This document shows, piece after piece, positions 40,415 to 51,486 of a stretch of DNA of 64,000 nucleotides. Source of the DNA: Syncephalis fuscata S228 (taxonomy: Eukaryota; Fungi; Zoopagomycota); NCBI GenBank assembly GCA_025786725.1, contig JAHLTZ010000027.1, forward strand, positions 124,001 to 188,000, read 5' to 3'. The notes beneath the pieces were generated by a model, which was not told the DNA's origin, did no database searches, and saw nothing but the letters and a program-made list of their open reading frames with translations. Numbering within the stretch: the first letter of the stretch is position 1; every line of letters starts with the position of its first letter. The position numbers and the translations under genes are program-made.

Positions 40415-42466
40415 ATGATTTCTTTGTTTCTGACCACGCTCGTGCTATTCTTGGCATGGCCGTCGACGCTTGTGTCCGCGTATATTGTGTTTGGCGACAC
40501 CAATACCAATGTTAGCGTGCCAACTGTAGATTATTTCCAGCAATCCGTCAAACATTATGACCGGTATGGCCCAATGATTCTGCCATCATTCGACCAAAAT
40601 GCCTCTTGTACTTTTAAATCGCCAGCGCCCAATCCATTGGTGGCCAATACATTGGCTCGATCGGGTTTTAGCACAGTACTAGCGGTCAATTGGACTGATG
40701 CTGCAAATTCGGGCTGTAATAATTATGGGCAGGTAAATACACATGATTAGTAATTAAATTGCGTTTATGTAAACAATGTTCTTAATTTAGGTCATAAATG
40801 CGTTGGAGAGTATAGAAAATGCAATGCAGCAATCTGGATTCCCAGTTCCATTTATTATATTATTGATGGTACCAGTTTATTTCCCCGGCCCTTTTGGCGG
40901 TCCTCTCACCGATAAATACTTGTCACACAGTGCCCATACAGGCAACGAGTTTCCGCGTACAGATGTGGCCATCATGAATATTAAGGACTATTCAAATTTT
41001 ATTAATAATAAGGATAACGCTGCGTCAACGCAGTATGTACGCATTGTCCAAGGTAGATTACTAATTATAAGCAATAGTAACAATGGTAATAATACACTAA
41101 ATCTTTTATGTAGAACAAGGAGTATGGAATAGAGTGTTTCTCTCCAATGGCTATGTTGGTATTACATGGACACTGTTTGCCATTGTAAGTGTCCAATAAC
41201 AACAATGATAGCAGCAGCTGTTTAGTATCCATATTTATATTATAACAAAATAATTTAGAACACCGTCATCATTCTCTACGGGCTTTATACGCTAGTGATG
41301 ACCCTTGCTACACGCACTTTTGCCGCGGATATTCGCAATGTTGTATTTTTACTTGGTATTTTTGCAGTGATTGGTAAGTATTTTTAATATACAACATAGT
41401 AGTTTTTAATCATTGTTGACTAGCAAATGCAACATCCATTCCACTTAAAAACGCTAGCTACATGAGAGTTGTATTTGAGCAAATATCCAGTTTTTTATCA
41501 AGTATCGCTTTCTATATGTTACTTTATTTATGGTAAGAAGCAACAATGAAGTTTATATCGATGTATCAATATTCATTACTTTTTACCACAGGAGTTCTTT
41601 ATTGTCGCAAATTAAACAGGATCGTAGTATGTATCCACTTCGATGCTTTCTATTTTTCGGTGCATCCGTGGCAACCTGGACAATAGCTATAAATCTTATT
41701 TGGCTAAATCACTGGGATACCAGCAGTATCGATTCACTTATTGATGTCAACTTCTACTTGATACCAATAACACAACTAATGGTTGCAGTTCTATTTTGCA
41801 TTGTCGGTAGGTTAAAATAGAAACATTGCTGAGCAGCTGGTAATTTTAAGCAGGGTACCGTTTCCGGTCTCGTCGTAATCAATGCCGTATGTCCAGTGAC
41901 ACTCAGCGCGCGCTTACAAAGGTAAATACACGTAAACAATATACAAACTTTAATTAGTAATACCATTTTATTGCGATTAGTTGGCATGGCTAAGCGTCAC
42001 TGGATTTGCAACATTTCTATTGCAAGCTATCTCTAATTTGGTGTCATCCCAGACCAGTTACGCAACCAACGTTTCAGCAGTAGCGGTTGTGTATAATTTT
42101 CTCACGATAGCGTGCACCATTCGTATCATGGCTATTATATTAGTTTTAGGCGTACGTGTACCAAAACATCTTCGCAATACCGGCGGCACTTCAGGCATTG
42201 TTAGCTCCACTGGTGAACTACCTAATACCGGCAGTTTTATAGAAGCTGAACAGAAAAGATTGGGCGTAGAGACACTGGAGGCTAAAATGTTTTTTATTCA
42301 AACTTATTCCCCTACCTATTCTCCAAATTACTATCATCACAATGAGGTACGTATGCTAGCATCACTTTGTTTTAAATATATTAATTGGCTGATTGTAATC
42401 TAGGCGCAACGATTCTCTATCCAATTGACGCCCGATCCATTGGATAATACATATCGAGTTACATGA
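40415..42466 (+). CDS. PA-like ectodomain 7TM receptor-like protein, cluster copy D (divergently oriented)
   Basis: Signal peptide MISLFLTTLVLFLAWPSTLVSA (alternative ATG at 40361), then VPTVDYF, SGCNNYGQV, GFPVPFIILL, GGPLTDKY, TDVAIM, EQGVWNRVFLS, IRNVVFL, FYMLLYLW and TIRIMAIILVLGVRVP. Confidence 0.82.
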
Positions 42467-42741
42467 TTGCGACCATAATAACATTAACACCGACTCTAAA
42501 GTTTAATTGAACAAATAGTCTAATATAATAAAACAAATTTATTTAGCTTAGATTGGCGTTGGTTACATTTTTTTTAACATCAATAATAAATAAAACACGA
42601 ATGATATCGAGTTAGACGGACAATATCCACATTGGATCATATTACAGCATAACAGTTCTATTAACTAGTTAGAGTGTTTTAAATCAATATGGTCTAGTTT
42701 AGTCATTTGTCGTTTATTTTAGCAATAAACGCTGCGATGCA

Positions 42742-44457
42742 TTAAGCAATGAGATGGCGCCGTCTATAGTAAATAATTACACTGAGAATAGCTCCAATAA
42801 TACATGCAACTGTTGCAACGTAGAACCCATCGCGATAACATAAACGTCCGGTACACCCATTGGGATGTTCTTTTCGTGCATCAAATATAGCGCCAAACAT
42901 AGCACCAAATAGCTGGCTGCCCAGTGCAATAGCCCAACCCAACAAGCCACTACCATTGTATGCATTAGTGATTTGCTTGGTAATAGTTTTTAATCATCTA
43001 TACACTTACACGTTGCGCCCGCAATGCTCGGTGCCCCAATAGTCGCTGACAACAACCGAAATAACGGTGAATATAGCGCCAGATGCTATTCCAGAAAAGC
43101 CGGTTGCCCAATAGAGCCACGCAATTGAATTGATCTGAGACAGTGCCAAAAGAGCACTTGATTGAATTAATGCTGCTACGATAAAAAAGTATACTCGGTC
43201 CATGTTAAGATGCTCTTTGCACCAGTCCGAGATATAGCCAACGCTCAGTCCGGCAATACAGCTGGCAACGCTGTCTATCATCATACTTTTATTTAAAACA
43301 AGTTGTATATAGTTTGCATTGTTGTTAGCGGGCCACTTTTCTCGTTCTCCCATCGAGCCAATCCATAGCTGTTCAATTACATGGCCTAGATTGTTGACGA
43401 ACATTAAATCAGTACCAACAACCAAACAGATAGCCATCCAGAAAAACCAAAAATCCAAATCACATAACAGTTCAACTAGAGAAGAACTAGATGATGTGTG
43501 TGAGCCTATCAGATCTTCACTTTGTATTAACTCATTGTCATGGCTTAAATAGTCGTCATAATCATGCTCATGCGACGCAATTAATGGTGCTTTTTCGGAC
43601 AGGTGTGTTTCTGAATTACTTTCATTTTCAAAATTTCTAACTTTGCTGTTGTTTGTGTGCGAATATGAAGTAATTGTATCTTCATCAGATTGTTTTTTTA
43701 CTATTGAACTGCAACCAGATGGCGTTCTTCCGCCTTCTGACTGGCTGTCAGCAATTAGCTCCTCCTCTAAAATGTCATCAGCACCCGGTAGCCAGCGTAG
43801 TCCAGGCACAAGTACCAGTGGGACAAGCGTGGTAAGAAGACCGGTAGTTATTAAAAACCGATAGATATCGTTATGCACATCAGCCGTCCCGGCAAACCAC
43901 TGGCTGTTGATCCACGAGTAAAAGAGACCAGAGAGGCAGAAAAACATGTAAAGAAGGCCAAGCATCGTGCCACGTACGCGAGAAGGGAAATTGCGTGCAA
44001 TAGTCGAAAATGCCGCCTCTTCAACGGCAGCTGACCCGGCCCCCATCATAAAAAGAAACATTATTGTTAAAATATAAGTTTCTTGAAAATTTCCGTTGTA
44101 TAGTGTTATTAATCCATAGAAACTAGAGGCAAATAGTCCAATTCCTAATAAACAAATACTGTAACCAGCAAGTGTTTCGTTTTTTAACTAAACTCTAGTT
44201 AACTGGCTATCGTATACTTACCCTTGCGGCCCCTTTCGATCGATAATATCACCCATGATAGGCTCCATAAGGAAAAGGCCAACATTGCTCATAGCTGCTG
44301 CTACATTAGATTGTAATTTCGTATAGCCAAACTCATTGCTTAAAGGAGGACCGAAGATAGGATATATGTACACTACGTCGGAAACAAGAGCGCATATGAT
44401 GGCACACAAGACCGAGTACAGCAATGCAGGTTGTTCTATAAGCATGCGTACAATCAT
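42742..44457 (-). CDS. MFS transporter, Mch1/nodulin-like family (3 exons)
   Basis: About 12 TM segments: YIYPIFGPPL..GYT..QSN, PIMGDIIDRKGP, NFPSRVRGTMLG, DFWFF..GTDLMFVNNLG, WGTEHCGRNWG and CTGRLCYRDGF. Confidence 0.88.
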
Positions 44458-45750
44458 TGCTGTTGTAAACTGATAATAAGTGGAATAAAGTGAAAGAGAA
44501 ACAAAAATCGAACTTGAACTGCGTGTACACTTAGGAACAACGCGTAATTGGTGTTTCACTAAAAGGACTGTTTAATTAACCTGAAGGACAAAAAGGTCCA
44601 TAACTCGAATATTAAACCGTCAATCAGCTTTTAATACTGAGAAGTGTTATTTGTTGAAGCAGTGCTATATCGATTTTGATTAAATTAATTAAAGTTTTAA
44701 TTGATCTGCACAATTTTCAATATCCAATATTAGTGTTAATAAATGCTAAATAGTATTGCATGTTACTTTAAAATATTATTAAAATAGCCATTTGGTACTC
44801 AAATCATACTATAATAATTAATAAATTAAATTGTATAATAATGTAGTTTATTCAACTTAATTAACAAGGACTAAAATTAAAACTAAAAATAAAATAATAC
44901 ATAATATGTATATATTAATGCAATAACAATAAATGCGGAATGACATGCAATTGCAATTATGTGGTTTCTATTAACATTTGATTAATCTTTCTAAACATGG
45001 CCAACAACAACAATAATCAGTCTCAAATGTTTCAAAGAAATCAAATAGTATGTTACATCCTTCATTTAAATCAATTTATTAACAATATTTTAATAGGAAG
45101 CAGTATAATATGTTACGTATAGCAGCGCAACTTCAATTGAAACAAATTTTGTTTTGAAGACTCAGAATGCGGGAGTCAAAATAAATGTTAGCCAAAAATA
45201 GATCACACGAAAAAGGTCAGGTACTATGGTGTCTACAAGGCAAGACAAGGCCATGACTGGAAGTGTATTCATGCCATATTACATCACTGGCAACATCTTT
45301 ATGCCGCGCTGAATGACTAGTCTAATTTTAATTGCACTGGCAATGCTTACATTGCTTCCCTGTATAACATACTATGATATCGCGCTATTGTTGGTAATTT
45401 TTCTTTTTCAAAAAATGCTTTAAGCCTGTGCTGTGCTGTACTATGCTATGTTTTAATCTATAAAATATGCATAAACTAGTTTTTGCATAACGGATTTGTG
45501 GATATTCGTCAATGCCGACCGACCAACAAACAGCCGGTATAAATGTATTTCTATACATATTGATTGCAGATACTAACTTGTGAACTTTTGTAAACAGGTT
45601 TTCGCCTATTGAACATTGGAACATGGCCTATATGTAAACTAGGTATTTAAACCCAATTTTTAAGCGCTAGTGCCTTGATTTCCTTACCAACTTACTATTC
45701 AACATTATCGCGCCCACCTACAAGTAACATAACCGTTTTTTATTGCAAAA

Positions 45751-46967
45751 ATGACTATGACAATCCCAGGAGCTGTTCAAAGAACTTGCCAGGTAGCTGC
45801 CGATCGTGCTAGTCGTCCATTGAAGATTGTTTACGAACTCCATGGAGCTGGAGAGGAGCATGTCATGTTTGTTGGGGGTATAATAGAAATTATTACCATC
45901 AAGCAAAAGTCAAGTGCCTGACTGTTGTTCTAAATCTATTATAGGTCTAGGCGATACCCGCCATCTATGGCTCCCTCAAGTAGCATTCCTTGTGCAGCAT
46001 GGATATCAAGTGTGCGTATTCGACAACCGTGGCGCAGGCGACTCTGGTAATTTGCTTAATTTGGCATTTTTATTATTTTACTAACCAACAATTGTAGATA
46101 CACCTGATGAGCTGTACACGTAAGCGTTTCATTGGTAAATAACTATGTACAGTTGATTAATACCGAACTAGTATTTCCGAAATGGCGAAAGATACCGTTG
46201 AGCTGCTTAATCACATTGGATGGACTTCGAATGTGCATCTTATTGGTGGCAGTATGGGTGGTGTTATCTCGCAAGAATTGGCCAGTGAATTTCCCAAATA
46301 TTTTTCAACAGTCTGTTTTGCATGCACATTTAGCAATCCGGATGATCCAAAAGTGCGTGCTATTACCGTATATAATCGATGATACTGACGTTTTATTTAG
46401 AATCAAGTTGTATTTAATTCTTTAAGATCTGACTTGCCAATTGAGCCAAATCAGCGGCAGGAGCATTTGTACAGTATAATCTTTCCGCAAGTAAGTTGTT
46501 TTAAACTGATACTAATGTCTTTTTAACATTTGCCTATTAGGAATGGCTGGATGCACCATCAAATTACGATCCAACAAAAACAAATCATGAATTTCTACGT
46601 GCAGTATGTATAATTAATTGCTAATTAAATATAAACTAATATTAGAATTTACTATTGTAGGTGGCGCCAAAAGTCACCCGGCTAATTACGAAAAACAAAA
46701 CAAAGGATTTATGGGTCAGATTGTTGCCGCATCAGCGCGTTGTATAACCGACGAGAAACTGCTTAAAATACAAAAAAGTGACTACCGAGTAATGGTTATG
46801 GTAGGCGATAAGGATACGCTTATTCAGCCATTCAACTCGGAGTATCTTGCTGAAAAAACTCAAGCGTCGCTCAAGGTGTTTGAAGGGTTGGGCATGCCAT
46901 GAATGTTCAAGCGCCAGAAAAATATAGTCAAACCATTTTGGAATTTATTCGTGGGTCTTCTGTTTAA
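45751..46967 (+). CDS. Alpha/beta-fold hydrolase, paralogue of 15588..16798
   Basis: IVYELHGAGEEHVMFVGGLG, FDNRGAGDS, GGSMGG, VGDKDTLI and GLGHAM (after restoring one G near 46891). Same intron positions as the paralogue. Confidence 0.88.
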
Positions 46968-47502
46968 TTTTCATTTAAATTCAATAAACTTGGTTTCATT
47001 TAAAATGTATTTTTAAAAATAAATATACCTAATAAAATCAGCTATAGTTTCTCATTCTAATCTAGCTGATTTAGTGATGGATAAGAGGAAAATAGCATAT
47101 GCTTATGTTTGATTATTATTCTGGCTAAATTGAAATTAATATGTTACCATATTTAGTAATACAATTATTTGGCTTTCCCACGGCTTTGTACCTTAAATAA
47201 ATATTTTTATTGTATTTCTAAAATCATTTTCTGCTTACATATAAATAAATAAACAGCTGATTAAAATTTCTACATAAAATACAAAATAACAAGCCATTGT
47301 AGTTCTATTGTACACATATTTATATGTTTTATGGCTGTTACTTTTATGATATTAAAGCATTATGCTTCATTGCAGTTACTGTTGTTATTATTTCAATAAA
47401 ATTAAAAATGTATACTAATCTGGCAAACAAGTGTAATTAAATTAACGTGAAACTGTATAAATAATTGTGAATTTAATTTATTTCTCAGTTGTACTTGATG
47501 GT

Positions 47503-50141
47503 TTAGCGTTTGATAATCATTGTAGGCGATTGCCAAACATCATAGTCTTTCCCATTGTTAGGATTGCCAAAAATACGCAATGCACTTATTTTGATGTAGT
47601 AGCGACCATTGGGCGCACTGAGGGTCAATCGAGGCCTATTTGGAGCATTTATAGTATAGCTACCAACCCAACTATTCTTATAAGACTCGTTATCCTTTGT
47701 AAGGTCGTTGCGGCCCAGATGTTCGGTTAGAAATCCAGGAACCGTACCCATGTATTTGTTTGTGTCGGCGTTGTAAAGATATACTCCTGCTTGAATTGAA
47801 GGCATTTCAAGACGGAAGGTCAATTCGGGATAATCGTTGTTTGCCATCGTATAAATAACGGGTTCACGTGCCTGACGAACATTAACATTTGTGGCTACAC
47901 TGATAAGACTTGGTAGCTGTTCGGTTACTTTCATGACATGCAAATCACGCATACGTCCTTTGATGCCCAAGTACGGCACAACGGCTTTGTGTATACTGGC
48001 ATCCTTTACTGGCGAGCCATTTGGACCGGATACTGGCGTAATCTCGATAAATCCAGAGTAGATCCAGTATTCGCCGGAGGGTAAGCTAGGTGGCTCAATG
48101 AATTGAACGTTGACCTGTGCCGACCCGCCAGCCTTTACATACACTTTGGGAGTGCTTATAGTCACCTGAGCTGCCGCATCTTTTTGTTCTGGCTTGTTCG
48201 GTACTACTCCATCGGCTCCAATGCCTCGTACAGACATAGCAGGAAGATGGGCAATGGCAAAGACTCGATCTTCTGGGTTATCATTAAAAATGGTGATTTT
48301 ACGCGTGCAAGCGCCATTTTTCATGCCAAACTCTGTGTCGTTCAGAGCAATACGTCCAGGCGCCACATTGGTTGTTCCGTAGATCATGCGCTCAACGTTA
48401 ATAAGACCAGCACCTTGTTTTGCCACAGACGTGTAGCGACCCGGAACATTGGGATCAGAAATTGGCTGAGCTGTATTCTGGAATGCCTGGCGATAGCTTG
48501 TGACCGAATAGTCGCGACGACCTTTAGCTTGAAGACCAAGTGCTACCGCACCAACAACATATGGTGTAGCCATAGATGTACCGCTCATTACTGTGTAGGA
48601 ACCCATTGTCAAAGGATAGGTTGAAAAGATGTTGCCACCTGGTGCGGCTACGTCAGGCTTAATATCAAGGTCCGGACTTGGGCCCCATGACGAAAACTCC
48701 GAGATTTGACCACCCGTCTCGTTGGGTGTCGGCTCAATAGATGGGTTGAAGTTTGCACGCACGCCATGTTGGTACTCTTGTGTAGCAAGAATTTTCCAAA
48801 TGCTTTGGCCATCTTTTTCAGAAATGAAAATGACCGGAATGGCCGTTGCTTTAGGATCATTTTGATGAACACTCGCCATGCTCGACAATTCGCCACCATA
48901 AACAATAATGGCGGTCACGCCAGCACTGCGTGCAACACTGACCTTTTGCGCGATTGTGCAACCAGTTTGAGAAATTAAACTAATGGTGCCGTGGCTATTT
49001 TGTGGCACAAATTTACATCCGGAGTTATCAATACCGGCCGGTACTGATAGGATATTTACATTGGTAAAATTAAATATCGACCCACTAGCCAGAGTCACAT
49101 AGGAATATAGTGGCCTCTGTTTGGTTTGTAGTTCAAAGACAGTAGGTACAAGTGCTACATTATCAACTGAGGCAATTGACAGTGCCAATGGAGCGATAGC
49201 AGGTGCAGACGATTGCCATACACCTTGCCTGCCAACATTGCCCATAGCCGCAACTACAACTACACCACGAGCGGCAAGTCGTTCAGCTGTAGATGCTCGA
49301 GGATTATCTTCCCAGGTATTGCCTGTGTAGATTGACAGGTTAATAACATCCATACGATCGATAAGAGCACGCTCCATCGCGGCAATTAGCACATCGCCTT
49401 CAAGTGCACTATTACAACCGGAAATACGATAAGCACCAAAGGTCACTTGCGGAGCAACACCAACCAGACCGGCCTCGTTAGCGCCAATGATACCGGCAAT
49501 ATGAGTACCGTGTCCACCACAAGTGTCGCGAGGATCTGCGTCTGGCACCATTGGTGAGCCGTTGCCTTGGTAGTCATCGCCAACGAAATCCCATCCATAG
49601 GCTACGCGGCACTTTGGTCCAAAACATCCACCCAATGCCGGATGCAAATAGTCGATGCCAGTATCGATAATGCCCACTTTGATGCCTTTACCGCTGAGAC
49701 CGTAAAGCTTGTGCACACGATCTACGCCGGTCATAGCGTGTGTGAATGGCTTAGAGTTGGAGGTGCCGGAATCACCTGTAACCTGACCGGCAACAGTGGC
49801 ACTTGCCATCAACCAGACATGCTTCACTTGCTTGATGCCCCAAATAGCATCGATGTCTCGATTCTCGACACGCATACTAATGCCATTGATGGCCACCTGA
49901 TAGACCAATCGCACTTCATAGTAAATTTCAAGCTATTGATGTTTTGTTGGAATGCTTTTTGCTCTTGAATGACTTCTTTTGTACCAGGCTCTTCATGCAT
50001 CTCCACAATCACCGTACTGATCGGCTCGCCCTTGGTGAATCCTTTCAGCGCAGGTAATAAATTATTGACGGGCTGACTACACACGGCAGATACAAATATT
50101 GCCAGTAGCGAAAACGTTTTCAGTATGGTATGGACACGCAT
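47503..50141 (-). CDS. Secreted subtilisin-like serine protease (S8, Vpr/C5a-peptidase-like with PA insert and Fn3-like C-terminal domain), intronless
   Basis: Signal peptide MRVHTILKTFSLLAIFVSAVCS, triad IIDTGID / HGTHIAG / SGTSMATP, FSSWGP..DIKPDVAAPGGNI and QGAGLIN. PA insert GCTIAQKV..ARSAGVTAIIVY..IPVIFIS. One apparent 1-bp deletion near 49927. Confidence 0.95.
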
Positions 50142-51185
50142 GTTTGCTGTTGTTGCTCGGCAAACGATAACGCTAGATAGTGCTAATAGCAATAAGAATT
50201 GTAGAAAATACAACGATATTATCCACCAGGGATATATTGAAACAGAATAAACAGTAATAGCGTTCACTGGCCGGCAAATGAACAAAAGACGAAGAGTTGT
50301 TGTTGATTATAGTTTGATACTGCGCTACGGATGTGTGGCCCTATTTAACATCGTACTAATGTACACCAAGGTGACATTTAAAATGTGACCTGGCATGCTG
50401 GACATTCTCGTGTAACCGGTTATCAAAATCATATGGCGTCGCTGAATTGGCGTTGTGTGTACCCACGCTGAAACAGCATTGCATGTGCAGCTTCTTTACT
50501 CCTTTATACATGACTTTGTTATCATGCGGTCGTTGTTGCACGAACATTACAATCACATTTGAATAAAATGTATTAATCGCATGATATGCTGTATATCATG
50601 TAGTGCTATTATACAATTTGTTTTATTTAAACAGTTTTATTAACCATTTAGTGTGATTTAAAGGCCAAATGATTATATCTGATGACATTTGCGTAATTGA
50701 ACATAAGAATGGTGGGTGATGAGTGACATTAGTCATTATAGTCTATATATTAATATCTAAACAAATTACCCTGTTTTATAAATTGTCAATTATCAATAAG
50801 TCTTACTAATTTCATTCATGATTAAATTGCCATAAAATAGATACATCCAGCGAAATAAATAAACTTAATTTATTTACATAGCAAGTGAATGGTTTGATGT
50901 TGTGTGCAAATTTACTATACTTGCGTTTATTTAGCAAACATATCAATGACATTAGCAGTTTTTATATAATCTAAAATATTTTGCTGGACAATCTAAAATG
51001 GTACTTACTACATGCCATTATTCTTTTATAGAACCATGCTATTTGAATTTGAAAGTAGCTGTCAAGTATTTATTCAAAACACTTTCGTCCCATATACAAC
51101 ATCTTATTTTTTATTTATTTTTATCAATTTTTTTTCATAAAACTAAATTATACAATTATTTTTGATATATCAGTTAATTATAACT

Positions 51186-51441
51186 ATGATAGCAAGACAA
51201 GCACAACAACTGGCAATATTTACACTGTTACTATTTTGCTCAACATAACACTTTACCGTAGACAGTGTCAAAATAAATGAAAATGATTTTAACACAAAAC
51301 CTTACGCCAACCGTCCCTACATTAGCTCTAGAATCACCAGCAAACAAGTTTATGTAACACCTTATTATGTGTTCACCGGTGTTAAAACACTTCATGCCAA
51401 GGGTATCAAAGGAAGAGGCGTAAAACTTGGAATCATTGATA
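51186..51441 (+). pseudogene. Truncated secreted S8 subtilase 5' fragment
   Basis: MIARQAQQLAIFTLLLFCST*...FTGVKTLHAKGIKGRGVKLGIID mirrors MTGVDRVHKLYGLSGKGIKVGIID of the neighbouring S8. It has an in-frame TAA and no further exons before the Fanzor element. Confidence 0.75.
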
Positions 51442-51486
51442 GTAAATTAATTTAAACACTAGTTGTAATTATAAAATATAATTGTT

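Noticed and set aside
39699-40509. ORFs 39699..39908, 39787..40080 and 40195..40509
   Set aside because: They lie in the divergent promoter region or antisense to receptor copy D and have no recognisable motifs
44997-45320. ATG, short exon and intron-like structure (MANNNNNQSQ...)
   Set aside because: In-frame stops and no recognisable homology; at most an unidentifiable remnant
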